In this document: positions 26,592-39,273 of the stretch, one piece after another
How the letters are laid out: every line of letters starts with the position of its first letter
Position numbering within the stretch: position 1 is the stretch's first letter
Source: an uncultured Phycisphaerales bacterium
Lineage (GTDB): Bacteria; Planctomycetota; Phycisphaerae; Sedimentisphaerales; Anaerobacaceae
Direction of reading: 5' to 3'
DNA: 64,000 nt
NCBI GenBank assembly: GCA_963718665.1
Contig: OY970359.1
Location: 192,001 to 256,000 of the forward strand
Made by a program: the position numbers and the translations under genes
The notes under the pieces: generated by a model
Seen by the model: only the letters and a program-made list of their open reading frames with translations
Database searches by the model: none
Told to the model about the DNA's origin: nothing

Positions 26592-27218
26592 ATGACGGAA
26601 AACCATCAAAAAGTGCGTCCGGGCGGATTAACGGGGTTCCTCGATAACATTTTCAGGAGATCGGTTCATAATGAAAGAGTGTGTCCGGTCGGATCAGCGT
26701 GGGTACTCGACAATATTTTCAGGAGGTGGATTCATAATCCGAGGAAGATTTTCAGGGGCCTTGTTAAAGAAGGAATGGTCGTCTTAGATGTTGGCTGCGG
26801 GCCAGGGGTATTTTCTATCGCAATGGCGGAAATGGTCGGCAAAAGCGGGAAGGTCATCGCGGCGGATTTGCAGGACGGGATGCTTGAAAAAGTTAAGAGC
26901 AAACTCAACGAGAGCAACAAGGCGATAATAAAACTGCACAAGTGCCAAGAGGACAAGATTGGTGTTACCGAAAAGGTCGATTTTGTTCTGGTGTTTTATG
27001 TTCTCCACGAGGTCCCCAGCCAAGAAGGGTTTTTGCGGGAGATTAAGACGATTCTGAAGCCGGGAGGCGGGGTTTTGATAATAGAGCCGAATTTTCACGT
27101 AGGTAAAAAGGCATTCGAGGAAAGCATCGCCACGGCAATATCAGTAGGATTCGAGTGCGAACAAGGGCCGAAGGTCTTTAACAGCAGCGCGGTAATTTTA
27201 AGAGTTTTGAGTGCTTAG
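26592..27218 (+). CDS. Class I SAM-dependent methyltransferase
   Basis: VLDVGCGPG, VIAADLQ, LKPGG. Confidence 0.92.
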   Translation: MTENHQKVRPGGLTGFLDNIFRRSVHNERVCPVGSAWVLDNIFRRWIHNPRKIFRGLVKEGMVVLDVGCGPGVFSIAMAEMVGKSGKVIAADLQDGMLEKVKSKLNESNKAIIKLHKCQEDKIGVTEKVDFVLVFYVLHEVPSQEGFLREIKTILKPGGGVLIIEPNFHVGKKAFEESIATAISVGFECEQGPKVFNSSAVILRVLSA

Positions 27219-27340
27219 TTTATGTCACGTCGAAAAACTTCGTTTTTAGCGTAAAAACGCAACTTGCCATTAGTTGTCATTAGTTTTGCCGGCGGCATGA
27301 TAGATTTTTTAAAATATTTTAAAGTTTAGCACAAAAACAG

Positions 27341-27375
27341 TTGATGGTATGTATAGCTTATGCTATACTATAGCA
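27341..27375 (+). promoter_or_regulatory. hicAB promoter with overlapping operator-like palindromes
   Basis: TTGATG-17-TATACT with TG extension; palindromes GTATAGC-N4-GCTATAC (27351-27368) and TGCTATA-C-TATAGCA (27361-27375). Confidence 0.7.
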
Positions 27376-27558
27376 ATGGCAGGAGAACAAAGATTCAGTT
27401 TGGTCAGGAAGGCCTTGGAAAAGAAAGGTTATGAATTAACAAGAATTTCAGGGTCGCATCATATATTTACGAAAAAAGATTCATCGTTAGTAAGCATACC
27501 GGTGCACAAAGGAAAGGTAAAAGGGTTTTATGTTAAACAAATCGAAAAAATTGAATAA
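27376..27558 (+). CDS. hicA: HicA family mRNA interferase toxin
   Basis: LEKKGY...RISGSHHIF...SIPVH; 60 aa, basic. Confidence 0.9.
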   Translation: MAGEQRFSLVRKALEKKGYELTRISGSHHIFTKKDSSLVSIPVHKGKVKGFYVKQIEKIE

Positions 27559-27922
27559 GCCATTTGACCCTCAGATTTTGGGTACTGCCAGGAAAATAGC
27601 TGAAAAGTATGAAGTCATTCTGAGTTTTGAGAACAATGAATGGTATGGTAGAGGTCTTGAAATGCCAAATGTATTTGGAGATGGGAAGACGCCCAACGAA
27701 TGTATTCAGAGTACAAAAGAAGGGCTTGTTTCGGCCATCGCGCATCTTCTGGAACTTGGCGAAACCGTCCCAGCGCCATCAAGTGAAGGAAAGCGTACCG
27801 AACAAGTAAATATACGTTTAACTGTCGAAGAAAGAACCATTCTTTGTGCGTCAGCCAAATCAAAAGGATTTCAGGGCCTCGCTGATTTTATCAGAGCTAA
27901 AGCATTAGCTCCTCAATATTAA
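27530..27922 (+). CDS. hicB: HicB family antitoxin with C-terminal ribbon-helix-helix-like domain
   Basis: WYGRGLEMPNVFGDGKTPNEC...GETVPAP, then RTEQVNIRLT; overlaps hicA. Confidence 0.88.
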   Translation: MLNKSKKLNKPFDPQILGTARKIAEKYEVILSFENNEWYGRGLEMPNVFGDGKTPNECIQSTKEGLVSAIAHLLELGETVPAPSSEGKRTEQVNIRLTVEERTILCASAKSKGFQGLADFIRAKALAPQY

Positions 27923-28017
27923 AATCCATGATATTCTACTAAGTATAAGATCATGGAAATGAGATCATTTCTTGAGGGTGATGTTCTGAAAATTCTCACA
28001 AGCTAACCTTGCCTTTT

Positions 28018-28434
28018 CTACGCACAAAACAAAACCAAAAGAACACTAATACAAGATGCTATTGCCGCTATCGCTGCCCAAAAACAAGACCATTTAGCCA
28101 ACACACAAGCATTGAACATCTCTTCTGTTTGTAGAACGTAATATATGTTGTGGCAGAGTTCTTTATATATCTCTTCGCAAAGTGCTATGCTTTCACGGAA
28201 TAACCACTCATTAGAAAGATGCTGCTCTGCCGTGGCACACAGCTCGTCGGTTGTTTTCAAGTCCGTTCCAAAATATTTAGTGGCACAAACAACATCCGCC
28301 AAGTTTTGAAGCTGTTTTATTCCATCATACAATTTTATCAGTCGTTCCTTCAATTGCTCTTTGTCTGCTATATTAACATCCTTCTGTATATCAGCAAACT
28401 TTTGTTTGTAATCTTTGATTTCTTTGTTTGTCAT
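28018..28434 (-). CDS. Hypothetical helical protein with C-terminal membrane anchor
   Basis: AT-rich ORF with hydrophobic C-terminus; AGGTG RBS-like sequence. Confidence 0.6.
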   Translation of the reverse strand: MTNKEIKDYKQKFADIQKDVNIADKEQLKERLIKLYDGIKQLQNLADVVCATKYFGTDLKTTDELCATAEQHLSNEWLFRESIALCEEIYKELCHNIYYVLQTEEMFNACVLAKWSCFWAAIAAIASCISVLLVLFCA

Positions 28435-28512
28435 TTTTTCACCTGCCTTTTCTTTTTGGCCTACGGCCTTAACCATTTTGCAACAATGCCAACTGAAGCG
28501 AACTACAGACTC

Positions 28513-29175
28513 CTACCGCGGAGCCATCCAGATGACATTCCCGTTCGGGTCGAACAACAAAAGAGAGGATTCGGGATATGTAAAGACCTTCCCATCCGGT
28601 GTGGTAGTTTGGCTAATACCAAGAGCCGCGCGACCCTTGTCGTTCTTGTCGAACAGGTCCAACACTGGCCCGTCTTTGTCCACAGCCAGACTGGCGCGGA
28701 GTTTTCCATTCTTGTCGTTCAGGCCCAGCATTGACCCCTCTTTGCCCACGGACAGATAGGTGCGGATATTTCCGTTCTCGTCGGATATGCTCAGCCCCGG
28801 TCCGCTTTTGTACACGACCAGACCGATGCGGGTCTTCTCGTTCTCGTCGTTCAGGGACAACCCCGGCCCGTCCTTTGACACACTCAGAACGATGCGGGTC
28901 TTGCCATTCTCGTCGCTCAGGCCCAGCAGCGTTGGCCCGTCCTTCACCACGGCCAGCCCAGCGCGGGTCTTGCCATTCTCGTCCACAAGAATGAACTGCT
29001 TGGCCTTGATGACTTCCTCGCGGCTGGCTACGCCTGCGGTTGTTGTTACTCTTACTATGACTGCGGCCATTGCTACTACCGCCACTAGAACCACAACAGC
29101 CAGCAATAGGCGATTACGGCGCTTCGCACAAGCCAGTTCCTTTTCCATTTTTTCTATTCTTTCCTCAATGGTCAT
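28513..29175 (-). CDS. Membrane-anchored protein with ~22-aa beta-hairpin-like repeats
   Basis: Short coiled coil, TM helix, then six repeats of LxDENGKTRxxLxVxKDGP and a degenerate seventh; AGGAG RBS. Confidence 0.82.
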   Translation of the reverse strand: MTIEERIEKMEKELACAKRRNRLLLAVVVLVAVVAMAAVIVRVTTTAGVASREEVIKAKQFILVDENGKTRAGLAVVKDGPTLLGLSDENGKTRIVLSVSKDGPGLSLNDENEKTRIGLVVYKSGPGLSISDENGNIRTYLSVGKEGSMLGLNDKNGKLRASLAVDKDGPVLDLFDKNDKGRAALGISQTTTPDGKVFTYPESSLLLFDPNGNVIWMAPR

Positions 29176-29350
29176 TGATATTCTCCTTTCGTTACCCTTC
29201 TGTAGGTTTCTGCCTTTGCATCTTGTATCTTTTGTCCGAAACAAGTTTAAACCCGATTTATTTGAGCAGAATATCAGATATACACGCCACCGGCAAGGCC
29301 AGTGGTTTAAGGTTAAGCATTCCTCGCGAAGGATTTAAGATTTAAAATTT

Positions 29351-29463
29351 CCGAAGCGGGTTCGTCGCTTCGCTCCGTGTGAGATTTGAGAAATAACAAA
29401 CCCCCACCGCGCGGGGTGGGGGCTAAATCAGAATCTGGATTCCTGCTTTCGCAGGAATGACAG
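29351..29463. repeat. Cluster of three repeat families upstream of uvrC (D, A-like, C)
   Basis: 29351-29380 inverted family D; 29398-29428 reads ATTTAGCCCCCACC...GGTGGGGGTTT on the minus strand; 29435-29463 family C. Confidence 0.8.
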
Positions 29464-29484
29464 CGGGATTACAATAATCGCAAT

Positions 29485-30819
29485 ATGGATAAATCGAAAT
29501 CAATCAAGGAGCAGATACAAGGGTTTCCGACAGGGCCGGGGTTGTATTTTATGAAAGGGGCCAAGGACGAGGTTCTATATATCGGCAAGGCGAAGAACCT
29601 GCGGTCGCGGGTGGCGAGCTACTTCCAGCCGGGCAGCGATATAATGGAATCGCGCGGGCCAAAAATTGTCGAGATGCTCAACAAGGTCGAAACGGTAGAT
29701 TACATCGAGACGGAAACCGAAGTTGACGCGATGCTCAAGGAGGCGCGGCTGATAAAGGACATCCAGCCAGCGTATAATTCCGACCTGCTTGACGACAAGA
29801 CGTTTCCGTATTTAGAGATTACGACGGGCGATGATTTTGCGGGCGTTTATATAACGCGTAAGCCACGGGCGAAGGGGAATCGCCTCTTTGGGCCGTTTGC
29901 CAGCGCGAAGGATTTGCGGGCGGTATTCGTCGAGCTGCAAAAGATATTCAAATTCAGGAGCTGCACGCTGGATATACGGGCGGACGATGAGAAGCGGCGA
30001 TTTTTCAGACCCTGTATATTACACAGCATAAACCAGTGCGTCGCTCCCTGCGGGGCGAGAATCGAGAAGGCGGAATATAAAACGATTATCCGCGATTTGA
30101 TTAAATTCCTGCAATCGAAACGGGCGACGGCGCTGAGGCAGCTTAAAAAAGAAATGGAAGAGGCGTCGGCGAAGATGGATTACGAAAAGGCGGGGATGCT
30201 GCGCGACCGGATTCGGCTGATTGGAAAATTGGACGAGCGAGGTGAGCCGGAAGAGGACGTTCAGCCGGAGGTGTTCGCGGCGGAACCGACCGAGGCATTA
30301 GTGAAACTGCAAAAGATTTTAGACAGCCCAAACCCCGTGCGAATCATCGAGGGAATCGATATCGCCAACATTGGGGGCAAAGAGGCGGTGGGGTCATTAG
30401 TGAAATTTATCGACGGCAGACCTTTTAAGGCGGGGTATCGGCGATTCAAAATCAAGACGGTCGAGGGAAGCGATGATTACGCGATGATTGCGGAGGTTGT
30501 CAGACGCAGATACAAATATGCGCTGGCGGGTGAGGAGCTTTGGCCAGACCTTATCCTCATTGATGGCGGACTCGGCCAACTACACGCCGCTGAAAATGCC
30601 CTTCAACAAATCACCAATCAGAAATCAGCCATCAGCAATGTCAAACTGGCCAGCATAGCGAAACGAGAAGAGGAGCTTTATTTGCAGGAAAGTAAAAGGC
30701 CTTTGAAGCTGCCGAGGAATTCGTCCGCGTTGAAGCTGCTGCAATACGTCCGCGACGAGGCGCATCGGTTCGCGCAGCATTATCATCATCTCCTCAGGAG
30801 TAAAAAACTCCTAGAATGA
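29485..30819 (+). CDS. uvrC: Excinuclease ABC subunit C-like protein (short form)
   Basis: GIY-YIG (PGLYFM...YIGKAKNLRSRV), UVR (YEKAGMLRDRI), RNase H-like (GIDIA, DDYAMI, IDGGLGQL, RDEAHRFA); no C-terminal HhH. Confidence 0.92.
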   Translation: MDKSKSIKEQIQGFPTGPGLYFMKGAKDEVLYIGKAKNLRSRVASYFQPGSDIMESRGPKIVEMLNKVETVDYIETETEVDAMLKEARLIKDIQPAYNSDLLDDKTFPYLEITTGDDFAGVYITRKPRAKGNRLFGPFASAKDLRAVFVELQKIFKFRSCTLDIRADDEKRRFFRPCILHSINQCVAPCGARIEKAEYKTIIRDLIKFLQSKRATALRQLKKEMEEASAKMDYEKAGMLRDRIRLIGKLDERGEPEEDVQPEVFAAEPTEALVKLQKILDSPNPVRIIEGIDIANIGGKEAVGSLVKFIDGRPFKAGYRRFKIKTVEGSDDYAMIAEVVRRRYKYALAGEELWPDLILIDGGLGQLHAAENALQQITNQKSAISNVKLASIAKREEELYLQESKRPLKLPRNSSALKLLQYVRDEAHRFAQHYHHLLRSKKLLE

Positions 30820-30826
30820 TTATAAG

Positions 30827-31747
30827 TTACACAAACCAGGAGGCGAGGCGCATCAGGAGGCGTTTGAGGAACGGTTTGGTATAAGAAGTGGCGATGAGGG
30901 TTTGTCTGATTGCGTCCGAGGAGCCGGGGCCGAAGCCGGTCAGAATTGTGTTGGCGACGTTGGCGGATTCGTTGATTTGGAATTCGTAGCCGCGGATTAC
31001 GGCGACGGGGATTCCTTCGCCGGTCTGGCCGAAGACGAGCGCGGAGGCGGAGCACAATTCGTGGCCGATTAAATCCATACCGCCGAATTTCGGTTTGTCG
31101 AAGATGTCTTTGTGACCGAATAGTTTCGAGACGGGGTTGATGCCGGAGGAGCCGACGGCAAAATCCATTGTGCCGAAGGGAATCATTTCGGTATCGGCGA
31201 GAATTACGGCCAATTTTTTGCCTGTTAATTTCTGAAGTTCTTCACGGATGTCTTTTGCGGCCTGGTCGGGGTCTTCGGGAAGCAAACTGACGACGCCTTT
31301 TTCGTGGTTCGAGCCGTCGATACCTGCGTCGCAGGTATGTAATCGGCTGTCTTTGCCCATAGTGATGCAAAGGGCCTGTTCGTGCTCGACAAGCTCGTTT
31401 GTTACCGCTGCGTTCTCAGAAGAACCGAAGATGTGCTTTTTGATAACGCCCCTGAGGGGCATAATCGCGAGGATTTCGTTATCCTCGTCGAAAATCATCT
31501 GAAGCCACTGTGCGTCCTTGCCGGTTTTTTTTGAGATGAAGAGCGCCTTTTCGCCGGGGACAACGTCGGCCATCCGTCTTATCCGGCCCTGGGCCTTGGA
31601 GACGATTTTGCTCGTGAGGACAACAATATCGTTTTTCTGCAGGCCGCCGATTTCCTGTTCAGCACAGGAACGAATTATTTCGGCGAGGTTGTCGCCCTGC
31701 CTGATTTTGGGGATTGTCCCGAGGCCGAATACTTCTATTTTTTTCAT
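30827..31747 (-). CDS. Coenzyme F420-0:L-glutamate ligase (CofE) family protein
   Basis: IPKIRQGDNLA, DIVVLTSKIVSKAQGR, AGIDGSN, LLPEDPD, VILADT, GIPVAVIRG. Confidence 0.88.
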   Translation of the reverse strand: MKKIEVFGLGTIPKIRQGDNLAEIIRSCAEQEIGGLQKNDIVVLTSKIVSKAQGRIRRMADVVPGEKALFISKKTGKDAQWLQMIFDEDNEILAIMPLRGVIKKHIFGSSENAAVTNELVEHEQALCITMGKDSRLHTCDAGIDGSNHEKGVVSLLPEDPDQAAKDIREELQKLTGKKLAVILADTEMIPFGTMDFAVGSSGINPVSKLFGHKDIFDKPKFGGMDLIGHELCSASALVFGQTGEGIPVAVIRGYEFQINESANVANTILTGFGPGSSDAIRQTLIATSYTKPFLKRLLMRLASWFV

Positions 31748-31749
31748 AG

Positions 31750-34883
<3,134 letters not shown>

Positions 34884-35075
34884 TCAAAAGGGTTATTTTG
34901 CAATACGCAGATAATACTTACCCATCAGGCCATGGGGGATACATTCTTTAAAAAAAGTAAGATAATTGTTGCTTACCGGGCGGTGGGAGCATAGAATACC
35001 ACTGGTTGTGTTTTGCGTATTCAGGCGGTGTTCGCACTGTCAAAATCGGCCAAAGAGATTAAGAAAGGAAAGCAA

Positions 35076-35453
35076 ATGAACATTTATGTGGGTAACCTGG
35101 CACCTGATGTAACCGAAGACGAACTGAAACAGGCGTTCGAGGCGTTCGGTCAGGTACAAACGGCAACGGTAATAAAGGACAAGTTCAGCGGCGAGTCCAG
35201 AGGATTCGGATTTGTCGAGATGCCGGCAAAAGCCGAGGCACAGACGGCTATCACCGAAATGAACGGCAAAGACCTGAAAGGGCGAACACTGAACGTTAAT
35301 GAGGCAAGGCCGAAGACCGAGCATCGCGGCGGCGGCGGATACGGCGGCGGCGGTGGCAGACGCGGCGGCGGTGGTGGTTATGGCGGCGGTGGTGGTGGCA
35401 GACGCGGCGGCAGCGGTGGTGGTTATGGCGGCGGCGGTGGTGGCAGGTACTAA
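35076..35453 (+). CDS. RRM RNA-binding protein with glycine-rich tail
   Basis: RNP2 IYVGNL, RNP1 RGFGFVEM, VNEARP, GGGGY/RRGG tail. Confidence 0.95.
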   Translation: MNIYVGNLAPDVTEDELKQAFEAFGQVQTATVIKDKFSGESRGFGFVEMPAKAEAQTAITEMNGKDLKGRTLNVNEARPKTEHRGGGGYGGGGGRRGGGGGYGGGGGGRRGGSGGGYGGGGGGRY

Positions 35454-35539
35454 CCGTTAGCAACGAAACACAGTATTTTCAGGCAGCCGGAACTCAATAT
35501 TGAGTGTTTCTTAGCGGCGGCCATTAGTCAATAAAATAT

Positions 35540-35574
35540 AAGAGCCCCTCTCAACGATGAGGGGCTCTTTTTTT
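35540..35574 (+). terminator. Intrinsic terminator after the RRM gene
   Basis: AAGAGCCCCTC...GAGGGGCTCTT stem ending in a T run. Confidence 0.88.
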
Positions 35575-35672
35575 GAACAATCAAAAAACTCGAAACGCTG
35601 TTATTCAACCTGTCGTTTTTTTATAGAAATAAACGAAGGGCATTCCCAGCACATATAGTATCCTCTACCTGT

Positions 35673-36548
35673 TTAGCGTGAAGCAGGTTCCATATGAACA
35701 AGCACATCGACAATCTGCGGGAACACATTCATTATCTCTTTTTGAATTGTATGATTTAGCAGATGCGAATCTCGCATCGTCATATCCGCGTCAATCTGGA
35801 TATGAAGGTCGAGATGCACGTCATCGAGCCGGCCGCGGGTGCGAATCTTGTGGCAGCTTTTTACGCCCTTTATTCCAAGCACAACGGCTTCAATCTTCTT
35901 CGTATCCGTCATGGCAACAGCATCGCATAATATCGCCGACTCCTGCCGTATGATAACGAACGCCGAATGGGCGATAAATCCCGCAATAATCAGCGTAATG
36001 ACAGGGTCAACAATCGGCATGCCCAGCTTCACGAAGACCAGCGCCACGATAACCGAAAACGAGGTAAATATGTCCGCCCGCGTGTGCATCGAATCGACAA
36101 CTAAAATGTCACTCTGCAATTGTTTTCCTCGCCGATATTCATAAATCATAACCGCGATATTGACCATAAGAGTAATAACCATTACCGCAAAACTGATAAA
36201 ATCGACATGGGGAACTATGGGCTTGATAATCCGGACGACGCCCGCTTTGCCGAGATTGAACGCCACGATAAGAAGCATCGCGGCTATCCCCAGGGCAAAA
36301 AGTGTCTCGTATTTCTTATGACCGTAAGGATGGTCCTCATCCTTCGGCTGCGAGCAGAAGCGAATCCCGATGAGACCGATTATATTCGAAATGCCATCGG
36401 ACAAAGAGTGAAAACCGTCGGCGGTCATACTGGTCGAGCCGCTTATATATCCAAAAATCATCTTGGCTGCCGCAACCGCCCAGTTCAAAACCAAAACAAT
36501 CCACAGGACTTTTTGAATCTCACGATAATGCTTTTTCATATCAGCCAT
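35673..36548 (-). CDS. Cation diffusion facilitator (FieF-like) transporter
   Basis: ADGFHSLSD, HPYGHKKYE, HTRAD, C-terminal VLVHMEP. Confidence 0.93.
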   Translation of the reverse strand: MADMKKHYREIQKVLWIVLVLNWAVAAAKMIFGYISGSTSMTADGFHSLSDGISNIIGLIGIRFCSQPKDEDHPYGHKKYETLFALGIAAMLLIVAFNLGKAGVVRIIKPIVPHVDFISFAVMVITLMVNIAVMIYEYRRGKQLQSDILVVDSMHTRADIFTSFSVIVALVFVKLGMPIVDPVITLIIAGFIAHSAFVIIRQESAILCDAVAMTDTKKIEAVVLGIKGVKSCHKIRTRGRLDDVHLDLHIQIDADMTMRDSHLLNHTIQKEIMNVFPQIVDVLVHMEPASR

Positions 36549-36691
36549 TATGCGATTCCTCTTGCCCCAAAAGTTGTCTCGGCGACTTGCATACTATCGA
36601 TGGAACTAATCTTTATCTTAACAAAACACCCCCCTTTCACAAGGGAGGCGTTTATCAACAACAATACGAATGTCGTATAGCTGTTCAAAAG

Positions 36692-36764
36692 CTCCCCGAC
36701 CAGGGCTCGAACCTGGAACCTAGCGGTTAACAGCCGCTCGCTCTACCGATTGAGCTATCGGGGA
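36692..36764 (-). tRNA. tRNA-Asn(GTT), CCA not encoded
   Basis: TCCCCGATAGCTCAATCGGTAGAGCGAGCGGCTGTTAACCGCTAGGTTCCAGGTTCGAGCCCTGGTCGGGGAG folds as a cloverleaf; anticodon GTT. Confidence 0.97.
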
Positions 36765-37017
36765 AACACAAATATCGCGTTAGATTATCACAGATTTGGC
36801 GGGGTTGTCAAGTGAAAGGGCCGATTTTGAAGTAGTATCCGCAAAAAATTAAAGTGTAAAACAGGTCTGCCCTCTGGACAAAAAGGTAAATTATTTGTAT
36901 ACTCTAAGTTTTTCAAGGTTTGGACGGTCGCGGCGAGAGCCGATAATAAAGAGGGTTTAAGCCACCCGGCCTATCGACAGACAAGGCAGATACGCGTATT
37001 TCAATGGTTTTAAAGAT

Positions 37018-37866
37018 ATGGCAAGAGACATACTTGACATAGGCGGGTACACTATTAAAAAACGCATCGGGGTCGGTGCGCGCACGACAATCTACCTTGC
37101 CACCGACGACTCGGACGGCAAAGAAATCGCGTTAAAACGCGTCATTCTCGAAAAGCCGGAGGACGTCCGCATCTTCGAACAAGTCGAAACTGAATTCAAA
37201 ATCGCGCGGAAAATAACCCACCCGTATATTCGCAAGTGTTACAAGCTCAAAAAAATCCGCAGCATGCTCAAGACCAAAGAGATGCTGCTTGCGATGGAAT
37301 ATTTTGACGGGCAATCGCTTGAGGAAGGGCCTGCGCTGAGCTTGCTCGACGTAATGCTCGTATTCCGAATGGTGGCGACGGGGCTTAACGCGATGCACCA
37401 GTGCGAGCTGGTTCACTGTGATATAAAGCCGAATAATATCCTGCTGAACAAAGCAGGCGCTATCAGAATCATCGACCTTGGACAGAGCTGCCGGATAGGG
37501 ACAACCAAACGGCGGATTCAGGGGACACCCGATTATATCGCCCCCGAACAGGTTCAACGCAAGCCATTAGGCCCCAAAACCGACATTTTCAACCTCGGTG
37601 CAACAATGTACTGGGCGTTGACCGGCAGAACAATCCCGACCATGATACCTAAAAAAGACCCATTCGGACTGCCCGTGCCACAGGAGCAAGTGCGCCCGCC
37701 TAATGAAATCAGGCCCCAGATACCGGCAGGCATATCCAAATTAGTGATGGATTGTGTCGAGGAAGACCCAATAAAACGGCCCACAGATATGATGGCTGTG
37801 ATATCCCGTCTGGATTTGATGATACACAGCATACTCAGCAACAAGTCAAAGACAAACTCCCAATAA
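37018..37866 (+). CDS. Hanks-type Ser/Thr protein kinase, catalytic domain only
   Basis: IGVGAR, IALK, HCDIKPNN, DLG, GTPDYIAPE, DIFNLG. Confidence 0.93.
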   Translation: MARDILDIGGYTIKKRIGVGARTTIYLATDDSDGKEIALKRVILEKPEDVRIFEQVETEFKIARKITHPYIRKCYKLKKIRSMLKTKEMLLAMEYFDGQSLEEGPALSLLDVMLVFRMVATGLNAMHQCELVHCDIKPNNILLNKAGAIRIIDLGQSCRIGTTKRRIQGTPDYIAPEQVQRKPLGPKTDIFNLGATMYWALTGRTIPTMIPKKDPFGLPVPQEQVRPPNEIRPQIPAGISKLVMDCVEEDPIKRPTDMMAVISRLDLMIHSILSNKSKTNSQ

Positions 37867-37949
37867 CCCTTGACAGAACAAAGCCGTAAAGCTATCCTTC
37901 CCTTAGGTTTAGGCAAGAATCTGCTATTTAAACAATACGGACCCGAAAG

Positions 37950-38798
37950 ATGCCCGAAAAAATCATCGAACTGTTGAATAAAGGCATGGAAGCCAACAAT
38001 GCGGACAAATTCAGACAGGGTAATCTTGTTCGTCTGCCTTCTCACGGGTCTGTAATAATCACGGGCGACCTTCACGGACATCGGAGAAATTTTGAACGGA
38101 TAGTCGCGTTAGCCAACCTGGGGCAGAATAAAAACACCCATGTAATCCTTCAGGAAATCATACACGGCGGCCCGGAGGATGAAGAGGGTGGATGCCTGTC
38201 ATACAAGCTGCTGTTCGACGCGGTTACTTACAAGGTAAATTTTCCGGACCGTGTGCACATAATAATGGGCAATCACGATACGGCGTTCATCAGCAACACC
38301 GACGTTATGAAAAACGGCAAAGAGATGAACGTGGCGATGCGTTCCGCGTTAGACAGGGAATTCCGTCACGCCAGCGAACGGGTAAAACTGGCGATAAAGC
38401 AATTTTTATTTTCCCAGCCGCTTGCGGTCAAATGCAACAACGGAATACTTGTCTGTCATTCACTTCCGGGGGACCATTATGCCGATAAGTTTGACAAACG
38501 CATTTTTGAAAGGCAGCTCAGAATCAACGATATCATCAGGCCGGGTTCGGCGTATTTGCTGACGTGGGGCAGAAGTCACAGTCAGCGTTTGCTGGATGCT
38601 ATGTCAAAGTCGCTTGACGCTGAAACTTTTATCCTCGGCCACCAGAGACAGGAAACCGGATGCAGCAAGGCGGGAAATAATCTGATTATTATCGCCTCGG
38701 ACCACGACCACGGATGCGTGCTGCCCATAGACCTCGCCAAATCATACACCGTCGAGAAACTGCTGCAACTCATTATACCATTGGCGGCGATAGCATAA
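37950..38798 (+). CDS. Calcineurin-like metallophosphoesterase
   Basis: GDLHG, GNHD, HS and GH motifs. Confidence 0.85.
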   Translation: MPEKIIELLNKGMEANNADKFRQGNLVRLPSHGSVIITGDLHGHRRNFERIVALANLGQNKNTHVILQEIIHGGPEDEEGGCLSYKLLFDAVTYKVNFPDRVHIIMGNHDTAFISNTDVMKNGKEMNVAMRSALDREFRHASERVKLAIKQFLFSQPLAVKCNNGILVCHSLPGDHYADKFDKRIFERQLRINDIIRPGSAYLLTWGRSHSQRLLDAMSKSLDAETFILGHQRQETGCSKAGNNLIIIASDHDHGCVLPIDLAKSYTVEKLLQLIIPLAAIA

Positions 38799-39273
38799 GT
38801 TTGTCGCCTTTGTAGCAAACCTGAAAAACACCACGTATCCCGAAACAGCCAAAAAGCATCTCCAGCGTGTGCTTAACTTGCTCAAAAATCATACATCGAC
38901 CAGATGAATGACTTTTTTTGTACGTCCAATAATAAAGACACCCTACGTTATAATATCGGACCATCAAAATTTTAATGGCGTTGAGTTAAAACGCCGGCTA
39001 TACCACATATCACCCCCCTGCCGTTCATAGCACATAACCATCTTATCTACAAGCACTTACGCGCTACGCACTTCGCTTGACGGTTAAGCCGGAGGCGTCC
39101 CGGATTAAACCGCATATAAAAACCGTTCTTTGATTAAATCGGGCCTGAAAGATGCCGATGTTACAACATCGCAACTTTTAGAAAACTGTGCACTTGCGAA
39201 AAAATATTGCAAATAATTGGACGTAAAGTTATTTTTGGCTATTACTTATCGCTAAATATTATGGTCTTAAACT

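Noticed and set aside
35325..35450. GGC/GGT repeats as a DNA repeat element
   Set aside because: Explained by the ordinary glycine-rich tail of the RRM protein.
36692..36764. tRNA-Asn as integration site of an island or prophage
   Set aside because: No integrase, and I did not find a duplicated tRNA 3' end in the window.
36791..36806. 16-bp match CAGATTTGGCGGGGTT shared with 63291-63306
   Set aside because: Lies in the tRNA promoter region and lacks the matching hairpin arm; too short to call a repeat copy.
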